A DNA stretch of 62,889 bases from Candidatus Hodarchaeota archaeon (GTDB lineage: Archaea > Asgardarchaeota > Lokiarchaeia > Sigyniarchaeales > SOKP01). The translations under genes and the position numbers were made by a program. The notes under the pieces are model-generated. The model saw only the letters and a list, made by a program, of their open reading frames with translations. It was not told the origin of the DNA and did no database searches. Location of the stretch: the NCBI GenBank assembly GCA_048886685.1, contig JBHLKM010000021.1, positions 1-62,889 on the forward strand, given 5' to 3'. Shown piece by piece: positions 50,107-60,065 of this stretch (position 1 is its first letter; every line of letters starts with the position of its first letter).

Positions 50107-51528
50107 TTAATCAGTTCTACCATTTTGGTTTGATTTTAGTAATTCTGCTCTCTCTTCTAAGATCAGCGAAATTTCTTTCTTGTCCTTTTTATACCATTTA
50201 ATGCTTAATATCCATAAAATAATCCCTGGTATGGCAAAGATGCCAATTAATAAAGCAACAAGCTGATAATTTTCTCTAGACAATTCAATAAAAATACCTA
50301 TTATAAGTGGTCCTAAACCCCACCCAATGTTCTCTAATAATCGATTTAAAGAAACAATTTGTCCTTGGGCTTCGGGTAAATTTATTTCTTGCAATAATGG
50401 GGGTTGATTAACTTGATATAACGAAGAAATTGATGAGGAAATTGTCTCAATTATACCAATAATCCAAATCATAGGAAATGAAAAAAATAATAGAATATTC
50501 TTCCCTTCTTCTACTGTTAAATGTGGTAAAGGAAGATAAAATAGCAGAACGAAAGTACTTGCCCCTACTGTTAGTGCTAAGATAATTAGATATATTCTTC
50601 TTACATCCTTTTTTTTAGAATATTTATCAGATAATTTTGCAAATATTAATTTTAGGGTTAATCCACCAGTTAATCCAAACAAGGCAAAGAATAAACCAGT
50701 AACGAATGGGGAAAAATTGTGAGGACTTGTTTGGATATATGGAAGAAATAAAATAGTTAGGGAACCCATAAAGAGACTTGTAAAAATACCTTCGATTAAA
50801 GCCGCTAAATTGGTTTTACTAAATATCGTTTTTTTCATCATTCTTAAATTCAACCGAAAATCATAGCTTACTGATTCTTCTTCAAGAACTTTGTAGAGTT
50901 CTTTACGCTGTTCTCCTCTCTTTGGTTCAGGGATAGTAAGATACATTAATGAACCAATTAATATTAAACTAAGACCGGAGAGAAGAAAAAATAAGCGCCA
51001 TAAGCCTAATTCTATTAAATATCCAGTTATCACGAATCCTATTAATTGAAAGGATGATCTTATTATATTACGAATTCCAAAAAAGCGTGAGCGGTAATTT
51101 AAGGGGATCATATCATCTGAAAGAGAAGCAATAGTGGGATAATTACCTCCAGCAGATAGTCCTATAATAGACGTGAATATGTAAAAATATATCCAGGAAG
51201 AAATTCCTCTCCTAATAATAGTTAAACTTAACATTATCATGCAAAAACCTCTGACCAATGCTATCAAAAATAAGATTTTAGTTCTGCTATATTTATCAAT
51301 TAGACGCCCAAATAATAATCCCGCGAGGGAATTTGACAAAAACATAGAACTTATTAAAATTCCCATTTCAAGAGCATGATAAGACTCATCAGGCCAAAAT
51401 AGATTAGATAATGGCACAATTGAAATATAAATCCCACTAAACGCGATTGAAAAACACCCTGTTAAGAAATATATAGCCCAATAAGGTCTGAAAATGTGAA
51501 CCTTAGATTCGGAATCTGTACTAACCAT
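50107..51528 (-). CDS. MFS transporter
   Basis: GRLIDKYSR motif A, about 12 TM. Confidence 0.88.
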   Translation of the reverse strand: MVSTDSESKVHIFRPYWAIYFLTGCFSIAFSGIYISIVPLSNLFWPDESYHALEMGILISSMFLSNSLAGLLFGRLIDKYSRTKILFLIALVRGFCMIMLSLTIIRRGISSWIYFYIFTSIIGLSAGGNYPTIASLSDDMIPLNYRSRFFGIRNIIRSSFQLIGFVITGYLIELGLWRLFFLLSGLSLILIGSLMYLTIPEPKRGEQRKELYKVLEEESVSYDFRLNLRMMKKTIFSKTNLAALIEGIFTSLFMGSLTILFLPYIQTSPHNFSPFVTGLFFALFGLTGGLTLKLIFAKLSDKYSKKKDVRRIYLIILALTVGASTFVLLFYLPLPHLTVEEGKNILLFFSFPMIWIIGIIETISSSISSLYQVNQPPLLQEINLPEAQGQIVSLNRLLENIGWGLGPLIIGIFIELSRENYQLVALLIGIFAIPGIILWILSIKWYKKDKKEISLILEERAELLKSNQNGRTD

Positions 51529-51717
51529 AAAATTCTACTTTTCCCCTAATTACATAATAGAATATATTATGGGATTTTAACTTATTCATCCTAATTATCT
51601 ATGAGATTAAAAGATGATCATAATTTTCCTATTCCCACTTTATTAATTCATGTTTAATAAATAGTGTTCATTTTTAGGTTTATCATACGAAAAAAGAGTG
51701 ATTAAAGGAAAAAAATT

Positions 51718-52932
51718 GTGTTGGATGAAATTAATAGCCAAAAATGGCGTTTCTGGCCTGTGCAATTATTAGTCTTTATATTTGCTTTTAGTAGTCCACT
51801 TCTTATGTTAGCAATACCAATTTATTTTTTTCAACAAGGTATTGAAATTAAAATCATTAGTTTGCTCTCTATTGCTCTTACAATAACTTACAGTTTTTCA
51901 CCAATTCTGCTAAACAGGTTTTCTGATAGACTAGGTCGAAGAAAAAGTGTAATTATTTCTATGGTTGGAGCCCTATGCGCTCAATTAATCTTCTATATTA
52001 CATTGAATCCTATTGTTTTTTTAATCGAAAGATTATTTGAAGGATTTATTTTAGGATTTTTTTTCCCGAATCTTACAGCGAGTATTTCAGATGCTCCTAA
52101 TATTGACCATCAAAAATATTTGGCAAAATTTAACCTGTCATGGAGCATTGCAGTAGTTTTTGGATTATTATTTGGAGCATTAGTTTTACAGTTCACAGAT
52201 GACTTAAAATTCATTTTTTACATCAATCCGATTTTCCTAGTAGTAAATTCTCTTCTATCAATTTCATTTTTTAGAGAATCAATTTCTCCTAATCTAAAAA
52301 CTCGAAATACCGATCCCAATTTTAATATAATTGTTCCTGAAGATAATAAATATTCTGTAAAAATTAGTAATTATTATATTCCTGTAATCATCCCACTATT
52401 ATTTATTCTCTATATAAGTTTTGCAGCAGGAAATGGTTCATTGCTTTATCCAATCAGATCTGAGTTATTGGGATTTCATCCTTCTAGTACTTATTTTGTC
52501 AATATTTTTGGATCAGCTTCACAATCTATTGCGACATATTTAGTGATTTTATTACCTTTATTTAAACTAAGAATAGTATCTGCAATTACATTAATAGTTT
52601 ATCCATTTATATTCATTTTTTTCATTGCTAACGAAAACTATTTTCTCTTTATAATTTTATTTCTGTTTTCAGGATTTTTTTATGGAATTCTATATGGTGC
52701 CGCATCAAAATTATTTATAACCCTTAATGTTCTGAAAAAAACATCTAAATATAGTGGAATATCAGAGAGCTCTGTTGCTCTAGCTTACTTTATATCTCAA
52801 TTGTTTCTTGGGTTTATAGCAGATATTGATATAGGATTAGCATATATTTCTCTCTCTCTAAGTTTAATAGTAATTTTCTTTTTAAACCTTGTATTTATGA
52901 GAAATTTCAAAGAAATTAAGGAGAGTCTCTAA
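51718..52932 (+). CDS. MFS transporter
   Basis: RFSDRLGRRK motif A, about 12 TM. Confidence 0.85.
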   Translation: MLDEINSQKWRFWPVQLLVFIFAFSSPLLMLAIPIYFFQQGIEIKIISLLSIALTITYSFSPILLNRFSDRLGRRKSVIISMVGALCAQLIFYITLNPIVFLIERLFEGFILGFFFPNLTASISDAPNIDHQKYLAKFNLSWSIAVVFGLLFGALVLQFTDDLKFIFYINPIFLVVNSLLSISFFRESISPNLKTRNTDPNFNIIVPEDNKYSVKISNYYIPVIIPLLFILYISFAAGNGSLLYPIRSELLGFHPSSTYFVNIFGSASQSIATYLVILLPLFKLRIVSAITLIVYPFIFIFFIANENYFLFIILFLFSGFFYGILYGAASKLFITLNVLKKTSKYSGISESSVALAYFISQLFLGFIADIDIGLAYISLSLSLIVIFFLNLVFMRNFKEIKESL

Positions 52933-53619
52933 TTGATCTTAAAAGCTAATATAAAGAAGTGGGGAATTATTTTAAACATAATTGGTTGTATCCAATTTAT
53001 TATTATAACTGCAATTGCTATGGTGTTTTATAAAGGGGGAACTTATATTGATCCTTCTACTACTCGTTATATCTTTTGGTATAATTATTTTAGTGATTTA
53101 GGTCGAACCGTAGCTCATTCTGGAAGTTCTAATACCATTTCATTTATACTCTTTACAGTGACTCTAAGTATATGGGGAGCATTTCAAATTCCATTTTATG
53201 TTATATTCCCTTGCGTATTTAAAGGTTCTAAGGGATTAAAAAAGTTTTATCTTTCTGGATCTGTCTTAGGTATTCTTACTGGGGTATTCTATATCGGTAT
53301 AGCGCTCACACCTTCAGATATCACCGATTTACTGCATGATATCTTTGTATTCCTTGGATTTGGCTCCATATATTTGAGTATTATCCTTTACGCTTTTGTA
53401 ATATTTAAAGATCAGAATTATGCAAATTTTTATGCTATTGTTCTTACTATTTCAGCAATAATTCTAAGTGTATATTTTATAATCCTCTCTTTTACCTCAA
53501 ATAGTCAGACACCCGTTGGTTTATATATTTATGTGGTAGGTCAAAAGTTTATGATCTACACCCTTCTAATATGTGGTATTATTCAAAGTTTTGGCGCTTT
53601 AAAACATTTCCCTGCTTAA
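52933..53619 (+). CDS. Membrane protein (DUF998-like)
   Basis: Y.GG...Y.FW.NYFSDLG, G.ALTP.D...H motifs. Confidence 0.65.
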   Translation: MILKANIKKWGIILNIIGCIQFIIITAIAMVFYKGGTYIDPSTTRYIFWYNYFSDLGRTVAHSGSSNTISFILFTVTLSIWGAFQIPFYVIFPCVFKGSKGLKKFYLSGSVLGILTGVFYIGIALTPSDITDLLHDIFVFLGFGSIYLSIILYAFVIFKDQNYANFYAIVLTISAIILSVYFIILSFTSNSQTPVGLYIYVVGQKFMIYTLLICGIIQSFGALKHFPA

Positions 53620-53694
53620 ACCTATTCTACAATAGTTTTTAAGGCTTTTATTCTTTTTTTTATTACCATACAATCTAAAACTATTTAAATTATT

Positions 53695-54429
53695 ATGAAC
53701 AGGGAACAAGAATTAAAAAAGAAGCTCCAATCTGGATTTTTGAAAGCCATAATCTTTGATTTTGATGGTACTTTACTGGATATACGAGAAATACTTGAAA
53801 AATCAATTGAAGAAATTCTTGGTGAAAAAAAAATTGATGTTGATATGGAAACAACAATTCAAGAAATCGGGGCTTTGTTAGAAACAATTCAAGGATACCC
53901 TTTACCAAAAGTATTACTTGAATCCTACGAAATTTTCAAACATATCACAAGTTTACAAGATTTGAGTTATTTTAAACAACTAAGAATTGCTGTGGAAATT
54001 TTCTCAAAATATCTCGAGTACTCTAAAAACGCTCCTTTACTCTCTGGAGTAAAACCTTTATTAAAAAAACTTGGTAAATCCCATGACCTATTTATTGTTT
54101 CCCATAATAAAACAGAAACTATTATGGAACACTTAGAAAAAGATGGTATAGACAATTACTTTAAAGGAGTTTATGGTAGTGATAGAATTCCTGTTCAGAA
54201 ACCAGATCCTATGGCACTTCAACCCCCTTTAGAGACATATAAAACCCGAAAAAGAGATGAATTCTTAATGATAGGTGATATGCCATCAGACATTACTGCT
54301 GGTCGTGAAGCTGGATTTTGGACAATAGGAGTAGCGAGTGGAGTAAGTAAAAAAGAGGTATTATTAGAATATAAACCAGATTTACTAATCGATTCTTTAG
54401 ATGATTTATTAGAAATATTAAGGAATTAA
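53695..54429 (+). CDS. HAD family hydrolase (phosphoglycolate phosphatase-like)
   Basis: DFDGTL, VSHN, KPDP, IGD..SD..AG. Confidence 0.9.
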   Translation: MNREQELKKKLQSGFLKAIIFDFDGTLLDIREILEKSIEEILGEKKIDVDMETTIQEIGALLETIQGYPLPKVLLESYEIFKHITSLQDLSYFKQLRIAVEIFSKYLEYSKNAPLLSGVKPLLKKLGKSHDLFIVSHNKTETIMEHLEKDGIDNYFKGVYGSDRIPVQKPDPMALQPPLETYKTRKRDEFLMIGDMPSDITAGREAGFWTIGVASGVSKKEVLLEYKPDLLIDSLDDLLEILRN

Positions 54430-54585
54430 GTTTGAATTAAATTATTATCTTAGGAAATAAATCTTTAGAATTTAACATTTTTGTGTAAATAAATATAAAA
54501 ACAAATTCTACTATTGTTTTTTTAATTCATTTTATTTAAAAATAAGAATATAGAATTTATACTAAAAAAAACTAAAGGATTAATT

Positions 54586-57015
54586 ATGAAAATTTCAAGA
54601 AGAAATAGACCACTTGTTTTAATTTCACTTATTCTATTTCCTATGGCGATCATGCTTTGTTCCTTTAGCTTAAATGCGCAAGCTGGACCACCTATACCCG
54701 AACCAGATCCTAAAAATGGTTGGTATTGGGATGTCGATGTTGGAAATATAACGAGTTTTGAATGCGAATTCATTATAACAAATGCTACTACTGGAGAAGT
54801 ATCTGGGATGTGGAGGGATATTTGGATATATAACATAACTTCAATTGAAGATGTTACTATCGATTGGTTAGGAACACAAGAGTTTTCTCAGGTAAATGCG
54901 ACTATGTGCTATTATAATGTCACTGATGGTGTGAATGAATTGGAAGCATATGGTGAATCTTCTGAATTTGCGCTTTTTGGCTATAATAATATCACAGGAC
55001 AGCATAAAATCAGAGCAGGCAGTATGGGAATGCCTTTATTGTTGCCAAAAAATGGTTCGAGTTTAGAGGTTGATATATTAGCACCAATCATAAATGAAAC
55101 GTTTTATTATCCCATGGGTCAAATGGCATTTAATAAATTTGATCAATTTGCTTGGGATAATACTCCAAATGTAAATAGGATCCATTTCTGGAATTCTACC
55201 CCTGGACTGGGATATTACTCTGATGGATATTACTTTGATAATGGTACTTTAAATTACGGAGAAGCATATTTATGGGTCAACATGGATGGTAATCCTATGT
55301 ATATAAATGCTACAATGAAACAAGTATTTAATTATGATATAACAGATGAACTCGTATGGGGTGTTAGTGAAGGAGAAGTAATCTACTATGATTCGTATGA
55401 AGGTCCTGGTGGAATGGGGGCAGCAGTAGAAATGATGGTAAATATTACCAATATTTCTGATGTGTTGCTTAATAAAACGAAAAATAGCTTCAGTGATGAG
55501 GATTCTACTTATATGGTATTTCAAGCTGTTTTTGCGGATAGGTACTATTGGAATGGAACAGAATATAAATTCATAGATAACAACATAATCGGTGCGGCTA
55601 ATAATTTTTATCCTCAATATTACGATGAAGGGGGAGGAGGACCTCCAATAATGCCTTTCATTTGGCCTATAAGTGCTCCTTTGGAAGATTATGAATTCAT
55701 GTGGAACCTTGATACACTTCGCATCTGGGAGCAAATGTTCTATGATGAGATATACATTACCGAAAATGGATTTCTTGATTTTCTATTGAAAAACTCCACA
55801 GGTGTCGATTCTGTAGAAATTGTAATAGATAAGGCAACGGGCGTTACTCAAAAATTCCTAATGATAAGTCCTAATGGTATTATGTTATTTGAAAAGAAAT
55901 TTCAAACTTTAATTGAATGGTCTGTAAAACTTGGTGATGTTCTTTATTATAAAAATAATGAAAAAGAATTTCAGGATGTGAAATTAATAACAAATCAAAC
56001 AGGTATTTATTATGCAAATATCAGCGATTTATGTGCTTCAATAGGGTTAACCTTACCTCCTGGTCAGCCAGAACACCAATTTTTCTCATGTATAAACGCA
56101 TCCTTTGAAATATGGAATTATATGACAGATTCTTGGGTACCTGAAGGAGTTAAACCATTTGCTATGGCAAATATTTATTGGCCAATATCACCCTTACTGT
56201 TTGGAATGGGAGGACCTCCGCTATTCTTACCAAAAGGAACAACAAGCTCCGAACTTTCTGATCTCTTTGATGTGTATAGCAGTGTTTATGATGATATTAC
56301 ATATAATCCTGGTCAAGTAATACTTAGAAACACAGCATTGAATAGAGAACTAAATTTCAATTTTGATGAGATATCTGGGAATGTAACAATGATGTATGGA
56401 TGGAGGGCTGATCCAGTTGGACCACCTAATTGGAAATACATATCATATTACCCTAAATTCTATGAAGAACTCACTCCAGCAGTTCTAAATCACATTGTAT
56501 TTAACACTGATTTTCCTATTTCAGGATTAACTGTTAGCATGGATATTACCGCAGGACCTACAGGAGCAGGAGCAGCTTTAATATATACTTATTTCCCTAT
56601 GAATCCTGTTAATGTATCTTTACCTGAAGGTACTCCTATAGCTTACTTTGACCAACTACTTACTCATTGGACTTTAATTACAGGGAATATAACTATGACG
56701 CTTACACTTCCATTATCCATTGATATTAATAACATTATACCCTACTTCTACGCCTTCAACATGAGCGGGACACTCGATTGGGATCAAGCACCTCCTGAAT
56801 TTTATGCAAATAATCTTAGCTTCGATAACGCCACAAATTCAATAATAATTGAAATGGAACCATCTATGTTCTTTAAGGGCATAATATCAGCAATTTCTTA
56901 TAAGACTATTGAAGAAGCATTAGAAGAAATCCCTGGATATGACTTATTCTTACTCTCAATGATGATTATAATTTTCTCTGGTTTGGTTATTAGGAAAGTA
57001 CGTAAGGAGAAATAA
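54586..57015 (+). CDS. Secreted surface glycoprotein with three W.V..G...Y repeats and a C-terminal IPGY-TM-basic (Loki-CTERM-type) sorting signal
   Basis: Signal peptide ending AQA; EIPGYDLFLLSMMIIIFSGLVIRKVRKEK; many NxS/T sites. Confidence 0.8.
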   Translation: MKISRRNRPLVLISLILFPMAIMLCSFSLNAQAGPPIPEPDPKNGWYWDVDVGNITSFECEFIITNATTGEVSGMWRDIWIYNITSIEDVTIDWLGTQEFSQVNATMCYYNVTDGVNELEAYGESSEFALFGYNNITGQHKIRAGSMGMPLLLPKNGSSLEVDILAPIINETFYYPMGQMAFNKFDQFAWDNTPNVNRIHFWNSTPGLGYYSDGYYFDNGTLNYGEAYLWVNMDGNPMYINATMKQVFNYDITDELVWGVSEGEVIYYDSYEGPGGMGAAVEMMVNITNISDVLLNKTKNSFSDEDSTYMVFQAVFADRYYWNGTEYKFIDNNIIGAANNFYPQYYDEGGGGPPIMPFIWPISAPLEDYEFMWNLDTLRIWEQMFYDEIYITENGFLDFLLKNSTGVDSVEIVIDKATGVTQKFLMISPNGIMLFEKKFQTLIEWSVKLGDVLYYKNNEKEFQDVKLITNQTGIYYANISDLCASIGLTLPPGQPEHQFFSCINASFEIWNYMTDSWVPEGVKPFAMANIYWPISPLLFGMGGPPLFLPKGTTSSELSDLFDVYSSVYDDITYNPGQVILRNTALNRELNFNFDEISGNVTMMYGWRADPVGPPNWKYISYYPKFYEELTPAVLNHIVFNTDFPISGLTVSMDITAGPTGAGAALIYTYFPMNPVNVSLPEGTPIAYFDQLLTHWTLITGNITMTLTLPLSIDINNIIPYFYAFNMSGTLDWDQAPPEFYANNLSFDNATNSIIIEMEPSMFFKGIISAISYKTIEEALEEIPGYDLFLLSMMIIIFSGLVIRKVRKEK

Positions 57016-57106
57016 ATAATATCTAAATTTTATCCTTTTTTTTCTTTTTATTATTTAACTCTGATGTAAAAGTTTATAAATATACAAGTTAAATTATCTT
57101 ATAACA

Positions 57107-57193
57107 ATGATCTCATATCATACTGCTAAAAAAATAATGGTAAGGGTATCATTATCCTTAATTAGTATTATCTTAGTAGTAATGATTCTATAA
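57107..57193 (+). CDS. Leaderless 28-aa uORF / leader peptide
   Basis: MISYHTAKKIMVRVSLSLISIILVVMIL; TTTATAAATA at 57073-57082, about 25 nt upstream of the ATG. Confidence 0.45.
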   Translation: MISYHTAKKIMVRVSLSLISIILVVMIL

Positions 57194-57348
57194 GCGAAAC
57201 AATTCCGCTTGATCTTATTCTATAAATTGTACATGGATTTGTTCGCTTGAAACATGATATTTATTCGAAAAGGTCATTGGTGGGTTTGCTTCGCTTTTAT
57301 AATATGAGGGATAAGATAAATCAGAGAAAATAGAGGAATTGATTTAAA

Positions 57349-58797
57349 ATGGGAAATAAAAAAATGGAAACGAAAAGCCAAGTGATAGATTATTTACAAT
57401 CTAATTTTCTTGGTGTTGGGTTTCAAGAATTAAATGACTTAGTAATAAACAATCAAAATTGCGTTTTTTGTGGTGCCTGTATCTCATTATGTCCTCGTAT
57501 TGGGATGAATGAAAAAGAACCAGAGTTAATAGATAATGACCCGGAATGTTCTACCTGTTTTAGGTACTGTTCAAGAACTTATTTTCCTGAGGAAGTAATT
57601 AAAAAAGAACTATTTAATGATGGTATAAAGAAAAGTTACCCCTTAGGATTTCATCAGAAAATCGTAGCCGCAAAAAGTACTAATAATGACATATTGAGGG
57701 TAGCTCAAAATGGTGGAGTTGTATCTTCATTGCTTATTCATGGACTAGAATCGGGATTAATAGATGGAGTCATTCTTACTGATAAAAATGAGGAATGGGT
57801 TCCTAAACCTGTAATAGCGACAACTTCAGAGGAAATATTATCATACGCGGGTTCAAAATATACCATTACCCCCACTTTAAGTATTTATAAGGATGTGATT
57901 AATGAATACAATCTCAAAAAATTAGCCTTTGTAGGATTACCTTGTCAAATCCAAACAGTAAGAAAATTGCAGTTGTTTTCTCCTCTATCAAATGAGTATG
58001 GAAAGTTTACACTAATTATAGGGCTTTATTGTTATTCTAACTATTCATATGATTTAATGACTAAATTTGTTCAAGGAGAACTCGGGATTCCACTCAAAAA
58101 TGTTGAAAAAATCGATATTTCAAAGGCTAAATTCTATGTCTATATGAAAGATGGCTCGTACAGAGTAGCTCCAATACAGAAAACTAAAAAATTCACTTGG
58201 CAAAGCTGTCAATACTGTAAAGATTATAGTGCAGAAATTGCTGATATATCTGTTGGCAGTGTAGGAGTAGCAAAAAGCGACTGGAATAGTGTAATATTAC
58301 GTACTGACATTGGAACAAAGTTATTTAATGAGGCAGTTAAAGCTAAAGAAATAATTATCTCTGACGAAATTGAGCCTATCAAAATTGAAAAAGAATCACT
58401 ACGGAAGAAAACGCAGCTTACAAAAATTAATAAAGAAATAGTATTCCCATTACAGTTTTTAAATATTTCTGAATTCGAAATAAACATCTATTTAACTCTG
58501 ATGTCATTGGGAAGTGCTGATGAGTCTATTTTAAGTGAAGTTATGAAAGTAGATAAAAGTACTGTTAGAACAGCTCTCAAACAGTTAAAGCAACGAAATT
58601 GGATAATTGGAACAAATGGTTCATACTACACTGTTAATCCTACTTCAGTTCTTAATAATGAAATATATAAGTTAAGAAAAGAATTCTTAGAAAAAATTGA
58701 AAAATTAAAAAGCGAAGTTCTCCCTAATTTAGAGACTATATACGCTCAAAATAATTTTAAACACTTGCGATATGACGATGAATTGAATCTAATCTAA
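57349..58797 (+). CDS. Coenzyme F420 hydrogenase/dehydrogenase beta subunit (FrhB/FdhB) fused to a C-terminal TrmB-like wHTH
   Basis: CVFCGACISLCP, AQNGGVVS, GSKY, VGLPCQ, IGLYC, CQYCKD, ADISVG; then L.ISEFE..IYL.L...G......LS......KSTV..AL..L. Confidence 0.85.
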   Translation: MGNKKMETKSQVIDYLQSNFLGVGFQELNDLVINNQNCVFCGACISLCPRIGMNEKEPELIDNDPECSTCFRYCSRTYFPEEVIKKELFNDGIKKSYPLGFHQKIVAAKSTNNDILRVAQNGGVVSSLLIHGLESGLIDGVILTDKNEEWVPKPVIATTSEEILSYAGSKYTITPTLSIYKDVINEYNLKKLAFVGLPCQIQTVRKLQLFSPLSNEYGKFTLIIGLYCYSNYSYDLMTKFVQGELGIPLKNVEKIDISKAKFYVYMKDGSYRVAPIQKTKKFTWQSCQYCKDYSAEIADISVGSVGVAKSDWNSVILRTDIGTKLFNEAVKAKEIIISDEIEPIKIEKESLRKKTQLTKINKEIVFPLQFLNISEFEINIYLTLMSLGSADESILSEVMKVDKSTVRTALKQLKQRNWIIGTNGSYYTVNPTSVLNNEIYKLRKEFLEKIEKLKSEVLPNLETIYAQNNFKHLRYDDELNLI

Positions 58798-58818
58798 AAC
58801 ATTAAACTAAATTTTTTA

Positions 58819-59748
58819 CTATTTAAAAGAAGGAATTATTAACTCTGCGAATTTGTTCAAACTGGTTAAGCTTGGAAAATCTAAAAATCCTGTTATAATA
58901 TGATTTACGCCAACTTTTTTGTATTGTTGAATTATTTCTTTAATGAATGATGAATTTCCAATCATATGATTCAGTTCCTCAACTGGAGTGTTCCGATATT
59001 TAGAGATTGCTTCCAATTCTCTTTTTGCTAAAGTATTATCATCAGTTATAAGTGTGTATGCTGCTCCACCATAGGCGATATCAAGATTATTTATATTTCT
59101 TCCAATTTTTCCCATTGTTCTTTTTAGTTCTTGAAGATCCCTTGAAAAATCATCTGGTGATGGCAAAACAGGAATCCAACCATCCGCTTCTTCTGCTACT
59201 AATTGCTTAATTGCTTGAGATTTACCACCTATCCATATTGGAGGATGAGGTTTTTGAACTGGTTTTGGTTCTAGATTTGCGTTTAAAGTTTTATAATATT
59301 CCCCATTAAAACTAACATTATCTTCAGTCCATAACTTCTTCATAAGTAAAATAGATTCCTTAAGACGATTTATTCTATTAGAAAGATTATCCCAAATGAA
59401 ACCATAAGAAATATGTTCAGCTTTATACCAACCAGCGCCAATACCTAAATTTATACGACCTTTAGAAATGTGATCTATTGTAGAAACCATTTTTGCTAAT
59501 AGCGAAGGATGTCGAAATTGGTTACAAAGTACGTATGTGCCTAAATGAATTTTTTTTGTAGCGCTTGCCAATGCAGAAAGGATTGTCCACGCTTCTAAAC
59601 CAAATGAACGATCTTTTGGAGAAATTAAATGATCACTTATCCAAATTGAATCATATCCTAATCGTTCAGATTCTTGAGCAATCCTTAAGAACTTTTCCCA
59701 ATCAGCATAAGACGCCGTTGAATGAATAATTACTCCAAATTGAATAAT
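58819..59748 (-). CDS. LLM-class (probably F420-dependent) oxidoreductase, probable ATT start
   Basis: Upstream extension IQFGVII...AQESERLGYDSIWISDH...EAW; RHPSLLAKM, GIGAGW, PKPVQKPHPPIWIGG. Confidence 0.85.
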   Translation of the reverse strand: MIQFGVIIHSTASYADWEKFLRIAQESERLGYDSIWISDHLISPKDRSFGLEAWTILSALASATKKIHLGTYVLCNQFRHPSLLAKMVSTIDHISKGRINLGIGAGWYKAEHISYGFIWDNLSNRINRLKESILLMKKLWTEDNVSFNGEYYKTLNANLEPKPVQKPHPPIWIGGKSQAIKQLVAEEADGWIPVLPSPDDFSRDLQELKRTMGKIGRNINNLDIAYGGAAYTLITDDNTLAKRELEAISKYRNTPVEELNHMIGNSSFIKEIIQQYKKVGVNHIITGFLDFPSLTSLNKFAELIIPSFK

Positions 59749-59843
59749 TAACCAACTATATATTTTGATTAATGAATCTATTGTAAATTATTTTTAAGAT
59801 TAATAAAAATTGTGCCATAGATAAGTTTTGAAGAAGGTGAAAC

Positions 59844-60065
59844 TCATCTTTTCTCATTCTCTCTATCCTTTTTGATCTTAAGACGAATACACAGGGAACC
59901 GGTACAAATAGAGACAAATGCAAAAAATAGTACAGAGTAAAAACATCCTGCAGTCTCACTTAAGGTTCCAGGAAAAGCACATATAAATCTGCTTGAAAGA
60001 AATAGTATGAATCCTATCATAATAAGGAATACTCCAATAAAAAAATACAATGATTTGTATTCCAT
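59844..60065 (-). CDS. Small 2-TM membrane protein
   Basis: ATG after a GTGA RBS, two hydrophobic segments, basic tail. Confidence 0.5.
   Translation of the reverse strand: MEYKSLYFFIGVFLIMIGFILFLSSRFICAFPGTLSETAGCFYSVLFFAFVSICTGSLCIRLKIKKDRENEKR

Noticed and set aside
51565-51666. Hairpins between the divergent MFS genes
   Set aside because: Almost entirely A-T pairs in AT-rich DNA; indistinguishable from chance by eye.
59756-59959. 67-aa ORF overlapping 59844..60065
   Set aside because: Out-of-frame overlap with a better-supported ORF, and it runs through the LLM promoter region.
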